Virus record (IMG/VR): IMGVR_UViG_3300032321_001056
Coordinates: 14,508 to 78,507 of that record
DNA: 64,000 nucleotides
Strand: one strand, 5' to 3'
Source of the DNA: a virus
Lineage: Duplodnaviria; Caudoviricetes
The notes beneath the pieces were generated by a model. That model worked only from the letters and a program-made list of their open reading frames with translations, made no database searches and was not told where the DNA came from. Of the stretch, positions 19,201 through 27,987 are shown piece by piece. Made by a program: the position numbers and the translations under genes. Every line of letters starts with the position of its first letter. The first letter of the stretch is position 1.

Positions 19201-19685
19201 ATAAATCTTTCGGACAACTGAGCTGCTCTGTCCATATCGCCAACATCAATAGCCTTAGAGATAGCACTACCCATACAACCCGATAATGAGATAACATCGT
19301 TATCAACAAGTTCTTCCAGCAAACTGAAATCTATTCTAGGCTTATAGTAGAAATTACTTCCCCAAGCCTTTTGATTCATCTTAAATAGCTTCTTAAGACC
19401 TTCATTGTTCTTAGCCAACAAAATTAAATGGAAGCGCTCACTCTTATCCTCGCTATCAGATTCAATAGACGGTACAAAATAGGCTTCTACGCCAAACAAT
19501 GGCTTTACATTATTAGCCAAGCAAGCATCCTGGAACTTCAGAACCCCGCCCATTGTTCCGTGATCTGTAATAGCAGCAGCTACTTGACCATTGGTGCTTG
19601 TAATTTTTGCTATCTCTTCTGGTGTTGACATTCCATCTAGCAGTGAGTATTCAGAATGACAATGTAAGTGAACGAAATCCGTCAC
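16284..19685 (-). CDS. dnaE: DNA polymerase III alpha subunit (DnaE, family C)
   Basis: PHP HLHCHSEYSLLDG, GRGSVGGS, catalytic PDIDLD, KIDVLGL, FNKSHAVAY, C-terminal OB region; 1133 aa. Confidence 0.97.
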   Translation of the reverse strand: MTDFVHLHCHSEYSLLDGMSTPEEIAKITSTNGQVAAAITDHGTMGGVLKFQDACLANNVKPLFGVEAYFVPSIESDSEDKSERFHLILLAKNNEGLKKLFKMNQKAWGSNFYYKPRIDFSLLEELVDNDVISLSGCMGSAISKAIDVGDMDRAAQLSERFIKIFKDDFYFEIQSWNPKHINDGLIQLADTYNRPVLATADCHFPSRKDKGCEEVLLMLSQYPSLSAADQRHAKDHADCLHNPSLDMVAKINNMYPNRHLRFDDINPYVAGADEVASWFKDAGYDRIDILENTMEVAEKCTARMEKRKNLLPKYMKSMNSDDYLAEITKFRLQELGITDEIYVKRLDEELGIIKQLGFADYFLIVWDLVKWADNNGIGRGTGRGSVGGSVMAFLLDITQVDPIKYNLLFARFINPERNDYPDIDLDFEDKRRDEVKTYLATRWGKDNVAAISIYGTFKSKSAVKDVARVLQVPFAEINSVTPFFETIDELKATEKGKVFIKKYPDVVPLASRLENRIRTAGVHAAGMVVSSVPLTDVCPVESRKDSQGGDRSAVTAFAMEDAEAVGLIKIDVLGLKTVSVIKDCLAKIQERLGIDVRAQSLKLDDPKVFENFNNINTVGIFQADAAAYRNLIERMGIDNFNDLVVSNALVRPGALLSQGQKYIDCKKGVTKPKYPDEVVREILEETYGTVIFQEQLMQMAVLLADFTWSEADSLRKIIGKKRDAAGFDKYKEKFVNNKYLTPAQSEKIWSEFEMSALYMFNKSHAVAYSLMSYQTMWLKINYPLEFIWALLYNESASDKITAYLMEAQRLGLKIYAPDINKSEEFFSMSLPGEEEGIRFGLANVTGCGSSAIKEITTKRPFNSFEEFSHKCSKSAVKAPLRENLDKVGAFESIGHISQFDNEKYYLPILGFPIAANQHKTAIDEFVENAVDFHETMSSITLIKAVVRSTKKATGYLRVEFEDHSGSCTVFGERNTELAQRDYVYALIGDRTLHAYCDVYQAEDSRLFNIMMMKKAGAEHKYSWLYDHGIGYVTDEKTLAYIFNIRNFITSSGKEMASVYCWDGKQFFKIVIFAAVYKKVKQMLKEGEWYAIRLSKVEDKDTLNRLDSYKLEAADKIITVDDYVKRKNLVKVEC

Positions 19686-20230
19686 AAATTCTCCAAATCA
19701 ATTTCAAACAACGATTCAATCGTGTCCATCTTGTTCCAATAATCTTGATTGTACCACGCCGCACGAAGATAACACTTGATTCCGTGTTCTTGTAATATTT
19801 CTATTTCGTGTGGATTATCTTCCACTACAAATAGTGGATCAATATGTTTGATGATATCAATCTTTTTCCCAAATTCAGAAAATCTTGGTCTAGATGTATT
19901 TATTCTCCACTTATCAAGCCAAGGCACTGTCTCTTCAACAGCGGCTGGTTGTCTTCTAGCAGTTACTATGTTTACATCAATACCTAGACTAAACCAATGG
20001 TTCACTTGAAAGAATGCGTCTTCAAAAGGTTTCATGTTCTTCCAAAACAAATTGTTCTGAAATATTTTCATGGCTTCCTCATCTTTTGTATTTGTTGTGA
20101 ACCATGATGAGTAGTCACATTGGTCAATACTGACACCGTGATTATAAAATAAATGATCAGCTACCGCTGTATCTATGTCAGCAATTACACCGTCTAAATC
20201 TAGAACGATTGATGTATCTACGAATTCCAT
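19682..20230 (-). CDS. HAD-family 5'(3')-deoxyribonucleotidase-like protein
   Basis: LDLDGVIAD, IVTAR, VEDNP; start set at MEFVD (20230) with GGAG RBS. Confidence 0.85.
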   Translation of the reverse strand: MEFVDTSIVLDLDGVIADIDTAVADHLFYNHGVSIDQCDYSSWFTTNTKDEEAMKIFQNNLFWKNMKPFEDAFFQVNHWFSLGIDVNIVTARRQPAAVEETVPWLDKWRINTSRPRFSEFGKKIDIIKHIDPLFVVEDNPHEIEILQEHGIKCYLRAAWYNQDYWNKMDTIESLFEIDLENL

Positions 20231-20259
20231 TTTTCTCCAATTATATATTTTTGAGCATG

Positions 20260-20286
20260 AAAAAAGGGAGGGCTTTCGCCCTCCCC
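20260..20286 (-). terminator. intrinsic terminator downstream of ssb
   Basis: Minus strand GGGAGGGC-GAAA-GCCCTCCC followed by a T-tract. Confidence 0.85.
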
Positions 20287-20299
20287 AGTTCATTAGTGA

Positions 20300-20941
20300 T
20301 TACCAGGAATCTTTCATCTCACCAGTGGTGAGGAACATCTGTTGCTTCTCATATGGAAGCATCATGTACACAGTGTCAAGCTGGTGCATTGGCAATTCAG
20401 TAATTTGCTTTGGTTCTGGTGAAGAATCAAGCGGAATCAATGAATAGTTTGTATCCGATGCAGAAGAGCCTGTTCGTGAATACTTATAGAATCTGTCGGT
20501 AATCGTACCGAATTCTTTTGCGTACTCAATAAGTGTAAGACCAATATGGCGTTGGTTAAATGTCGTGTCAAGAACTCGTGGTTCCCAAACACCTGGTTCC
20601 ATTTCCACCGCAATATTAATCAAAAGATGGGGCTTTGGTCTCCAAGCCTTATCAACGGTTGCTTGCTCTGTACCCCAACAACGATAATTGAACTTTTCAA
20701 ATCCCGCAGTAGAAGCGACTCTCCACTTCCAGTTGATTGGTGATGTGATAACTGGAACATTAATTGCTGTCCCGATATTTTCATCGTAGTTTGTTGAATC
20801 TTCTGTCAATTCCTGACGGAAGCGAATGCGGTACGATTGACCAGCTTGAACCGTAAAGAATTTCTTCGGTCCTGCTGACGCACCTGGTTTTGCTACTGAC
20901 TTTTCCAAGTCTTTTAGTGATTTTAATGATTGAAATGACAT
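20300..20941 (-). CDS. ssb: single-stranded DNA-binding protein (phage OB-fold type)
   Basis: Lies between primase and polymerase; YRIRF...YKYSRTGS..DTNYSLIP pattern; has its own terminator. Confidence 0.65.
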   Translation of the reverse strand: MSFQSLKSLKDLEKSVAKPGASAGPKKFFTVQAGQSYRIRFRQELTEDSTNYDENIGTAINVPVITSPINWKWRVASTAGFEKFNYRCWGTEQATVDKAWRPKPHLLINIAVEMEPGVWEPRVLDTTFNQRHIGLTLIEYAKEFGTITDRFYKYSRTGSSASDTNYSLIPLDSSPEPKQITELPMHQLDTVYMMLPYEKQQMFLTTGEMKDSW

Positions 20942-20951
20942 GTTTTGTCTC

Positions 20952-21872
20952 CTATATGATTATTTCTTTGTTGTTTATAGCTTCTGCTATTTGTTCTTTA
21001 GTCATCTCCGCAGGGTCTTTAACTCCTTCGGGGATTCTTGCTACCGAGATTTCTTTGCCTCGGCACATCTCTATCATAGCACATCTCATCGCCATACCAG
21101 CATCATCATTGTCACAAAATAAGATGACTTTATCAAAAAATCTTCTTATCATATTACCTTGATTTTTTGACACCGCAGCCCCAAGAGTTGCTACCGCATT
21201 TGGATATCCAGCTTGATGTACAAACATACAATCCACGCTACCTTCAACCACAATAACTGAATTGTAGTTTTTAGCATTGTGAATATTGAATAAAACATCT
21301 GCTCGCTTAAAGCCTTTATTGTACAAATATCTAGGTTGCTGGGTTGATTCTATAGCTCTACCAATAAGACCTACCAACTCATAGTTGTGAGACCTTACTG
21401 GAATAACCACACGATTCTTTTCAATTGAAAACCCAACCTCAAAGTGCCTCATTGTATCAATATCCAAACCACGCTCAATCATCGTTCTTAGCAAATTAGA
21501 TTGCGTTTCGTAATCCAGCACTAAATTATCAATTGATAACTCCTGAACATCTTCAACCTGATACTTGTAGCTATTTAACTCTTTATCAAGCTTATGGCTA
21601 TCAAGATCTATGTGCTTACTGTACGACTTACCAGTGATGTTAAAATATAGTTGTCTAAAATTGCCTTTCTTCCCGCATGACGGGTTGAAGCACTGCCAAA
21701 GACCAGTTCTAACATTGATATACATAGCGGCGCTATGTGTATTCTTGTGGAATGGGCAATAGACATTTAACTCTTCACCATTGGCACTTTGAATTGAGAC
21801 ATTATAAGTATTAAATAACGATAATATCTCTTCTTCAATAGAGCTAGCTAAGAAGTTTGAATTTGTAGACAT
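20952..21872 (-). CDS. dnaG: DNA primase (CHC2 zinc finger plus TOPRIM)
   Basis: CPFH...CFNPSC, VVEGSVD, TLGA, DNDDAG, KDPAE. Confidence 0.92.
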   Translation of the reverse strand: MSTNSNFLASSIEEEILSLFNTYNVSIQSANGEELNVYCPFHKNTHSAAMYINVRTGLWQCFNPSCGKKGNFRQLYFNITGKSYSKHIDLDSHKLDKELNSYKYQVEDVQELSIDNLVLDYETQSNLLRTMIERGLDIDTMRHFEVGFSIEKNRVVIPVRSHNYELVGLIGRAIESTQQPRYLYNKGFKRADVLFNIHNAKNYNSVIVVEGSVDCMFVHQAGYPNAVATLGAAVSKNQGNMIRRFFDKVILFCDNDDAGMAMRCAMIEMCRGKEISVARIPEGVKDPAEMTKEQIAEAINNKEIII

Positions 21873-22011
21873 CTCTACCAGCATCATAGTCGGTAATCAA
21901 TTTAGTTTTACCAAAATTTCCATATTTTTTACGAGCTTCGTCTTCCATCCAATCTCTAAGTCTGTATAGAGTTTCAATGTCTTTGACTTCGCCTTTAACT
22001 ACAGCTTTCAT
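21844..22011 (-). CDS. small hypothetical protein
   Basis: 55 aa from MKAVVK; TAATG overlap with helicase. Confidence 0.6.
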   Translation of the reverse strand: MKAVVKGEVKDIETLYRLRDWMEDEARKKYGNFGKTKLITDYDAGRDVYKFKLLS

Positions 22012-23225
22012 TAAATGTCCCACTCCTCTACCCACTTACCAGTTTCTAGATTCCATCTAAGGTAGAAACCGAAGTGCGATGCTCTACGAACTTTCCTTGA
22101 TACCACCTGGAATAAATCAGATGACAGCTCTCTATGGATAGCAAGAACAAGGTCGGCATCATATGCCAACTGCTTACTCCATGCAACTTCCTCTAGTTCT
22201 GGCGGTCTCTCTGAGTGACCATCAGCCATTGTCACTGCGGCAACATCTATGATAGGGATACCATTCTTTACCGCAATACGCTTAAATGCCTTAGAAAGGT
22301 TCTTAGCCTTTTCTGTTTCATTCTTAGCACCGCTTGAATCATCAAACAAGCTGTGGTAATCAAGAATAACCATGTCGGGGTGGTACTGATCAATCTTTGC
22401 CTGCACCATGTTTTGGTCTGCTGTTTCAAGTCCTTCGGATGTAACAAGATGAATAGCATGCTTGCCTTCAAAAGTAGCCTGTGCCCACTTCTCGTAGCCA
22501 TCAACGATCCCTGGGTTGGCTTTGATCAAGTCTGTATTAGTAAAATGACCTTCGCCATTATTTAACAATGTGTCTAGTCTTTGACCTTCTTGTTGTTTAT
22601 TCATTTCCAAAGAAATAATTAATGGTCTATAACCAGCTTTCCATGCATTAACAGCAAATAATCTTGCAATGAATGATTTGCCAACGCCAGTCCAGCCGAG
22701 TAGAACAATAAAGTCACCCGATTGCCAACCGCCAAACACCTTATCAATAACATCAATACCGCTAGGGATGCCAGCAATTGCTTTAGGATTAAGAGACCTG
22801 GCTTTCAAGTCCCTAACTCTGTCTTTCCATTCTCCAGCGAGATCGGTATCTTTTAAGTTTGATGAAAACTTATAAAGCTTTGAAGTTTCTTCCATCAAAA
22901 ACGATAGAGCTTCTTTGGGACCAGACTCATTAATGAGACCATGCGCTTTAGCAACAATACCTCTAGTCTGATAAGACAAAGATTCCTTCTTAGCTTCATC
23001 AATATAGTAGGCAAGCGGTTCAGGTGTTGAGATAAACTCAAAATCTTGATGATGTTGCTTTACTGTTTCTTTTGATGGAACTTTGCTATGAGTTTCGTAG
23101 TGAGAAACTATGAAATTCCAAACATCTCTATACTCCAAAAACACATTCTCAACACCGCTGTTTACGGCACTTACATAGTCTTGGGTATCAACAATAGAAT
23201 TTAGAAGTCTTACTTCGTAATTCAC
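22011..23225 (-). CDS. dnaB: DnaB-like replicative helicase
   Basis: Walker A GWTGVGKS, ISLEM, ILDY, SKQLAYDAD, KVRR. Confidence 0.92.
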   Translation of the reverse strand: MNYEVRLLNSIVDTQDYVSAVNSGVENVFLEYRDVWNFIVSHYETHSKVPSKETVKQHHQDFEFISTPEPLAYYIDEAKKESLSYQTRGIVAKAHGLINESGPKEALSFLMEETSKLYKFSSNLKDTDLAGEWKDRVRDLKARSLNPKAIAGIPSGIDVIDKVFGGWQSGDFIVLLGWTGVGKSFIARLFAVNAWKAGYRPLIISLEMNKQQEGQRLDTLLNNGEGHFTNTDLIKANPGIVDGYEKWAQATFEGKHAIHLVTSEGLETADQNMVQAKIDQYHPDMVILDYHSLFDDSSGAKNETEKAKNLSKAFKRIAVKNGIPIIDVAAVTMADGHSERPPELEEVAWSKQLAYDADLVLAIHRELSSDLFQVVSRKVRRASHFGFYLRWNLETGKWVEEWDI

Positions 23226-23527
23226 TCTATCTCCATTCTCTTTTTGGTTTCTTCCACTATGGATTTAAATTTGTCAGTTGATTTCTTATCAATCTGAGCT
23301 TTCTCTACAAACGCTCTTGATTCTATTGCAAAATCAAAAACCAAGAATGGTCCTGGTCTGCTTTTTATAAAGTTCTCCAGCCCAAGCTTGAGGTCATCTG
23401 TTTTATAAAAGCTAACGAGAGAGTCAGCTACAGCCTCTTGCCTTGGTGAGTCTGGGATAAATAACTTATTCTGCTTTACGCAGAAGCTTTTGAAGTATTC
23501 TATCAGTTCTGTTCCAGTTGCTATCAT
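23222..23527 (-). CDS. hypothetical protein, possibly helicase-associated
   Basis: Start MIATGT; coupled to helicase. Confidence 0.65.
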   Translation of the reverse strand: MIATGTELIEYFKSFCVKQNKLFIPDSPRQEAVADSLVSFYKTDDLKLGLENFIKSRPGPFLVFDFAIESRAFVEKAQIDKKSTDKFKSIVEETKKRMEIE

Positions 23528-23756
23528 TTTCTTTTTTAGCTTTCTTCCAAGTTGCCAACAGTATATCAAATTCGGAGTAACCACCATTAACGCCATATAT
23601 AATTTCTTCACCCCATGCATTAATCAGACATTCTTTTCTGACCTCGCATGATTGGCAAATATTTTTTGCATATTGAACATCCTCATTTTTATATGAGAAC
23701 CAATAAATGCTGTTTTTATCTTCAGCGCAAAGGGCTTTTGTTCTCCAATTTACCAA
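23466..23756 (-). CDS. whiB: WhiB-family Fe-S transcription factor
   Basis: W...ALC-x23-CxxC-x5-C followed by YGVNGG (canonical G[IV]WGG). Confidence 0.88.
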   Translation of the reverse strand: MVNWRTKALCAEDKNSIYWFSYKNEDVQYAKNICQSCEVRKECLINAWGEEIIYGVNGGYSEFDILLATWKKAKKENDSNWNRTDRILQKLLRKAE

Positions 23757-23966
23757 TTACTTCTCTGCGTCAAGCTCTTGGAGCTTCGCTTCAATTTGTG
23801 AGTCAATTGAATCCCACAACTTGCCCCAAGACTTTTCATCATCAATACTGGATGCAATTACTCTTGCACCAGCATCAAGACGAAGTGATTCATAGTTACC
23901 CAAGTTCTTTGTGATACCAACTGAAGCCCACAATTCAACCTGATTTTCATTTAATGGAGTTGTCAT
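23757..23966 (-). CDS. conserved small phage protein
   Basis: VGITKNLGNYESLRLDAG pattern, which I recall from phage replication regions. Confidence 0.7.
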   Translation of the reverse strand: MTTPLNENQVELWASVGITKNLGNYESLRLDAGARVIASSIDDEKSWGKLWDSIDSQIEAKLQELDAEK

Positions 23967-23967
23967 A

Positions 23968-24408
23968 TTACCTTTTTCCTATCTTTATTTTTTCGGATAT
24001 TCTAATTACTTTTGCTTGTACATTTATATTCTTGTCTGCAATAGGTCTTCCTGGCGTTCTGCTATTAAAAAAGGATACCATATCATAAACATCTTGTCTT
24101 TCATAGTAGCGCCAGTTTTTATAACTTTCACAAGTTTCACTGAATTTTTTTCCACTAGGGATAAGACCTCTTTTTTCATACTTTCTGATTGTATCAGATC
24201 GTTTTTCAACTATTTTAGCAATCTCCCCAATTGTATAAATTCTATGCATGATTAGCTCTGCATTTTCATATGGCAAAACCAATTCCTGCTTAGTTGTTAG
24301 ATCAGTTACATAGACTTTATTTAAGTTCCTTGTTATTTTTTTTACTTTTACTATGGTATCAGAGTATTTGTAAAATTTATTTAGAACTATTTTCGTCTGC
24401 AAACTCAT
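23968..24408 (-). CDS. MerR-type HTH DNA-binding protein
   Basis: YTIGEIAKIVEKRSDTIRKYEKRGLIP...WRYY. Confidence 0.85.
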   Translation of the reverse strand: MSLQTKIVLNKFYKYSDTIVKVKKITRNLNKVYVTDLTTKQELVLPYENAELIMHRIYTIGEIAKIVEKRSDTIRKYEKRGLIPSGKKFSETCESYKNWRYYERQDVYDMVSFFNSRTPGRPIADKNINVQAKVIRISEKIKIGKR

Positions 24409-24604
24409 AACGCTCCTCTATTGTTTTGAAACCTAATGATCTCAAAATTTTATTAAGCTTTCTAACCTCTATATCCCTGCTATCTGCACAATGAATGCAT
24501 GTGATATCAACCCAGTTCTTACGCATTGCATAGTACTGAGAGCCAATCATTTTCTTACCACCGCAAAAAGTACATCTAAAGTCTTTTATTTTATAAATTA
24601 ACAT
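24377..24604 (-). CDS. zinc-ribbon protein
   Basis: CTFC...CIHC. Confidence 0.7.
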   Translation of the reverse strand: MLIYKIKDFRCTFCGGKKMIGSQYYAMRKNWVDITCIHCADSRDIEVRKLNKILRSLGFKTIEERYEFADENSSK

Positions 24605-25770
24605 CAGTCTAACCAGCAGTTATACTCCGCTGTTACCATTCCTTTCTCTGGGTGAACAAAGTACAATGATTGTGACGGTCTACCAACTGCGGCTAGCACC
24701 TCAGCCGCATATGTGTTTACAGACTCAGGACTGCCAGAGATTCTTAACTGGACAGTATTGAATGTCATCTTAGTTGGTGTATGGAAATGACCAATGTAGA
24801 TATCGTCAAAGTCCTCACTTAGTGCTCCGATCTTCCAGCCATACGCTTTCTTTTGGAAAGAATAGAATGAAGACAAACTACCGAATTGATCGCCATGACA
24901 GAGCATTGCTTTGTAATTACCAATCTTGTCAATTGCGTACCAATGACGCTCTCCACGACCATCAGGAATCTTGAATTCAATTCGCTTTTCATTCTCAAAC
25001 ATTAATTGAGCAATGCGATAAAGCATTCTATCACCGTTGGTCTCAGGGTCGTGATCTCTTCTCGCTCTACCGCCAATAGAGCCATGATTACCAATCACAC
25101 CAACAAATGTAACTTTTTCAAAGTTTTCAAGCATGATGTTAATAAAGTTCTTAAGAATTCTTGGACCATCAACTGTAATCTGTCTATACAGACCACCATC
25201 AACTAGGAATGACTGACCTGGGAAGATCAACTCACCTTCAATAATGTCACCCAAAGCCCAAATTCTAAGCTCACGAACTGGGTGGTCTTGTCTTTGGATT
25301 TCAGTAAGATTAATAATCTTCTCAGCAAATTTATAGATTCTTTCTTCACATACTTGTGAATTATAATCAGGAGTAATTTTGGCAAGTTGCCAGTCAGCAA
25401 TGACAGCAACAGCTACCTCTTCTCCGCTTTTCTTTTTGCTAAGGACTGGTTTTGGCACTGGCTTATACTTATTATCAGCCATGTCATCTCTTACGGCTTG
25501 ATAAACTGCATTAGCTAAATCATCACTTTTAGTTTTTAGTTTGTTATATTCTTGTTGAAGTCTCATAAATGAAACTCTCAACTCTGGGTCTGAGACTGGC
25601 TGTTCACCAGTAACTGGATCTTTTGGCATTTCAAATAAACCTTTCTGTCGTCTATACTTGCAGATTCCAGTGCTGTCTATTGACTTACGACAGTCTTTGT
25701 CTGCATATTTGTGATTTGCTGTATTTGGTTCAAACTCTTGGTCGCAACCTTTTGCTTCGCATATTTTCAT
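24604..25770 (-). CDS. calcineurin-like metallophosphoesterase with N-terminal Cys/His finger
   Basis: ADWQ, GD, GNHG, HGD, GHFH motifs. Confidence 0.88.
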   Translation of the reverse strand: MKICEAKGCDQEFEPNTANHKYADKDCRKSIDSTGICKYRRQKGLFEMPKDPVTGEQPVSDPELRVSFMRLQQEYNKLKTKSDDLANAVYQAVRDDMADNKYKPVPKPVLSKKKSGEEVAVAVIADWQLAKITPDYNSQVCEERIYKFAEKIINLTEIQRQDHPVRELRIWALGDIIEGELIFPGQSFLVDGGLYRQITVDGPRILKNFINIMLENFEKVTFVGVIGNHGSIGGRARRDHDPETNGDRMLYRIAQLMFENEKRIEFKIPDGRGERHWYAIDKIGNYKAMLCHGDQFGSLSSFYSFQKKAYGWKIGALSEDFDDIYIGHFHTPTKMTFNTVQLRISGSPESVNTYAAEVLAAVGRPSQSLYFVHPEKGMVTAEYNCWLD

Positions 25771-25777
25771 AAGGTTA

Positions 25778-25783
25778 ATTATA
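25778..25783 (-). promoter_or_regulatory. -10 element of a putative leaderless promoter
   Basis: TATAAT 7 nt before ATG 25770; no SD. Confidence 0.6.
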
Positions 25784-25821
25784 CACGAAAAAAACCTTTT
25801 TTTTGAGAAAAGCGGTTTTTC

Positions 25822-26226
25822 TTAAAGTTTGTTTTTCTTGTTTTCTCTTGTTACTTTATTGCGTTCTTTCATATTTGCACGCATTTTGTCACGATGTTGT
25901 TGAGTAGGTTTTTTACCTTCTCTATGCACAGCACTGTGCTCTGGGACTGTGCAGAGGTAGAAATTTTCTACACGATTATCAACTTTAATTTCATTGATAT
26001 GGTGAACTGTTTCCCAAGGCTCCAGAAGTCTGCCTAAATAGTCTTCCATGACCAATCTATGCTCATAAACATAACCTTTAATATTGCTAGGGTGTTCTTG
26101 TTTTAATACCCTGACATAACCTTTATCGTCAATGTATTTTCCACCGCCATAGTTAGGATTGTGCTCTCCACTAACTGATCTTATTGACCACTCAATATCT
26201 TTTCTTTGAGAGGCTAGTGAACTCAA
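25822..26226 (-). CDS. HNH endonuclease (HNH_3-like)
   Basis: YVYEHRLVME.YLGR.L...ETVHHINEIKVDNRVEN. Confidence 0.9.
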   Translation of the reverse strand: MSSLASQRKDIEWSIRSVSGEHNPNYGGGKYIDDKGYVRVLKQEHPSNIKGYVYEHRLVMEDYLGRLLEPWETVHHINEIKVDNRVENFYLCTVPEHSAVHREGKKPTQQHRDKMRANMKERNKVTRENKKNKL

Positions 26227-26228
26227 GT

Positions 26229-26906
26229 TTAGAGACCGCCGCCAATATCTTCAACATACAACTGGCATTTAGATGTGGAGTTAGCAACTACTGAAATTAC
26301 TGGGGCATTAGTATCATCAGAACCACCAAACTCCCTAGAGACAGCTGCTGAGAAAGACTGCTGAGAAAGACCGCCACCTGTGTTTAGAACAAAAGAATAC
26401 ACGCCAGCGCCAATGACATTATGGGATGCATAATTCTTAAAGGTAAGTTGCGAAGCAAGAATCCCCGCATTTGATGAAACATTGTAATAGCTGTATGCAG
26501 GAATTGTAAAATCCCACTGTATTAGCGCAGCAGTGTTTTCGTAGTAGTTACCGCCTTGCACTTGTTGGTATATCTTAAGTGAAACCATTGAGTCTTCAGC
26601 GCCTTGACCGCCTACAATGAAGCCAGGGAAGGAGCAAACAACTCTTACATACCTAGCCTGATCTGCGTTAACTCTTCTATCGGTACCGCCAGCTGGGTTT
26701 GTTAGTGCAATTATTGATTGATTAAGAGCTACAGTATTCGCAATCAATGTTCCGCTAGTTGCTTCAATAAGTTGAATTAAACCGTTAGGTTTGTTATCGT
26801 TAGCATCTCTAACTTGTTCAACATTTAAAGACATCTGAGCAAGACGCTCTGAAGTAAGAGGAGTCCCATCTGACCAAGATACAAATGTGTAATTTTCGTA
26901 AGCCAT
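26229..26906 (-). CDS. hypothetical protein, probably a virion/tail protein
   Basis: Beta-rich 225 aa with MAYENY..SWSDGTPLT N-terminus; lies at the end of the tail block. Confidence 0.6.
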   Translation of the reverse strand: MAYENYTFVSWSDGTPLTSERLAQMSLNVEQVRDANDNKPNGLIQLIEATSGTLIANTVALNQSIIALTNPAGGTDRRVNADQARYVRVVCSFPGFIVGGQGAEDSMVSLKIYQQVQGGNYYENTAALIQWDFTIPAYSYYNVSSNAGILASQLTFKNYASHNVIGAGVYSFVLNTGGGLSQQSFSAAVSREFGGSDDTNAPVISVVANSTSKCQLYVEDIGGGL

Positions 26907-26912
26907 TTATCT

Positions 26913-26918
26913 ATTATA
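26913..26918 (-). promoter_or_regulatory. -10 element of a putative leaderless promoter
   Basis: TATAAT 6 nt before ATG 26906. Confidence 0.6.
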
Positions 26919-26920
26919 TC

Positions 26921-27517
26921 CTATTTTAACCTATCTGGGTAGCTGTACCAGTTGACCACTGCGTACCGCACTCCCTCTGTTACTTCTTTTATATTATGAT
27001 TATAAGCATAAGAGGAGGGGAAGAACAACACATCTCCAGCTTTTGGTTTATGCAGAACATTGAACCCAGGAAATTCAATTTCACCGCCTTGAAAATCTTC
27101 ATTAAGGTAGACAATGACTGAAACAGTTCTGTCAAATGTAGGACCATCGTCTTTATGGTTTTTAAAGAACGAACCTTTTTCGTATCTCATAACGATCCAG
27201 TCATAAACCGATATCAAATCTTCTAAACCGTTCATTCCTCTATACGATTTTAATAACTTACCTATTTCATTATCAAGTATAGTTTTTAACTTAACAGAAT
27301 AATCATCTTTATGACAATTTTTTGAATCAAATAATCCAAAAACATCAGTTTTTCTAATTTCCTCATTAACATCAGGAGAATAACCATCTTGATTGAGATT
27401 TTTTTTAACTATTGAACCTGCCGTAAATAGTTCACTCAAATCGTTTTTAACAATTGATAAACATTCAGCATGCTTATTAAACTTAAACAATTGTATTCCA
27501 TGAGCAAGTTTTTTCAT
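26921..27517 (-). CDS. 2OG-Fe(II) oxygenase, prolyl-4-hydroxylase-like
   Basis: MRYEKGSFFKNHKDD (HxD), VIVYLNEDFQGGEIEF, FFPS...H.I.EVTEGVRY. Confidence 0.9.
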   Translation of the reverse strand: MKKLAHGIQLFKFNKHAECLSIVKNDLSELFTAGSIVKKNLNQDGYSPDVNEEIRKTDVFGLFDSKNCHKDDYSVKLKTILDNEIGKLLKSYRGMNGLEDLISVYDWIVMRYEKGSFFKNHKDDGPTFDRTVSVIVYLNEDFQGGEIEFPGFNVLHKPKAGDVLFFPSSYAYNHNIKEVTEGVRYAVVNWYSYPDRLK

Positions 27518-27521
27518 AAAT

Positions 27522-27746
27522 TTACCATTTACTTAATGGGCACCGAGCATTTTTTAATTTAACTTTTAGAGGCATAAAACAACCACACTCTTTGCATTGT
27601 TTTGTTAATTTAATAAGACTATCGCACTCATTGCACATATTAAGTCTTGACTGCGCTTCATCTTCACTAGTGTAGCTTCCTCTATCAACCAACCCTAGAG
27701 GTGTAGCAGAAAGCTTCTTTCTATATTCTTGCCAAGGACTAGTCAT
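27522..27746 (-). CDS. small Cys-rich protein (DUF6171-like)
   Basis: RL..CxxC.....QCKECGCF...K......CP..KW. Confidence 0.65.
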   Translation of the reverse strand: MTSPWQEYRKKLSATPLGLVDRGSYTSEDEAQSRLNMCNECDSLIKLTKQCKECGCFMPLKVKLKNARCPLSKW

Positions 27747-27748
27747 GA

Positions 27749-27970
27749 TTAATCAAAAGGGGGTACAAAATCAATACCGTTATATACAAAACCAGAGTAT
27801 ACACGATTCTTTTGCTCATTAGTAAGTTTTACGACTTTTGGATCAGATGACCAAGCTGCCGTATATAACTCCAATGATTTTTGAATTGGATAAATTACAG
27901 CAACTTCATTATCAACAACAAATGCAAAGAATTCAAATTCCTCTGGATTACTTGATGGATTTATAGGCAT
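27749..27970 (-). CDS. small hypothetical protein
   Basis: Start set at MPINPSS (27970), 6 nt after TGTTATACT. Confidence 0.7.
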   Translation of the reverse strand: MPINPSSNPEEFEFFAFVVDNEVAVIYPIQKSLELYTAAWSSDPKVVKLTNEQKNRVYSGFVYNGIDFVPPFD

Positions 27971-27976
27971 GTTTTT

Positions 27977-27985
27977 AGTATAACA
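27977..27985 (-). promoter_or_regulatory. extended -10 element (TGnTATACT), putative leaderless promoter
   Basis: TGTTATACT 6 nt before ATG 27970. Confidence 0.6.
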
Positions 27986-27987
27986 GA

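Noticed and set aside
16284-23225. Inteins or introns in dnaE, helicase or primase (also checked recA and terL)
   Set aside because: Protein lengths are normal and motifs continuous; no LAGLIDADG or splice-junction signatures seen.
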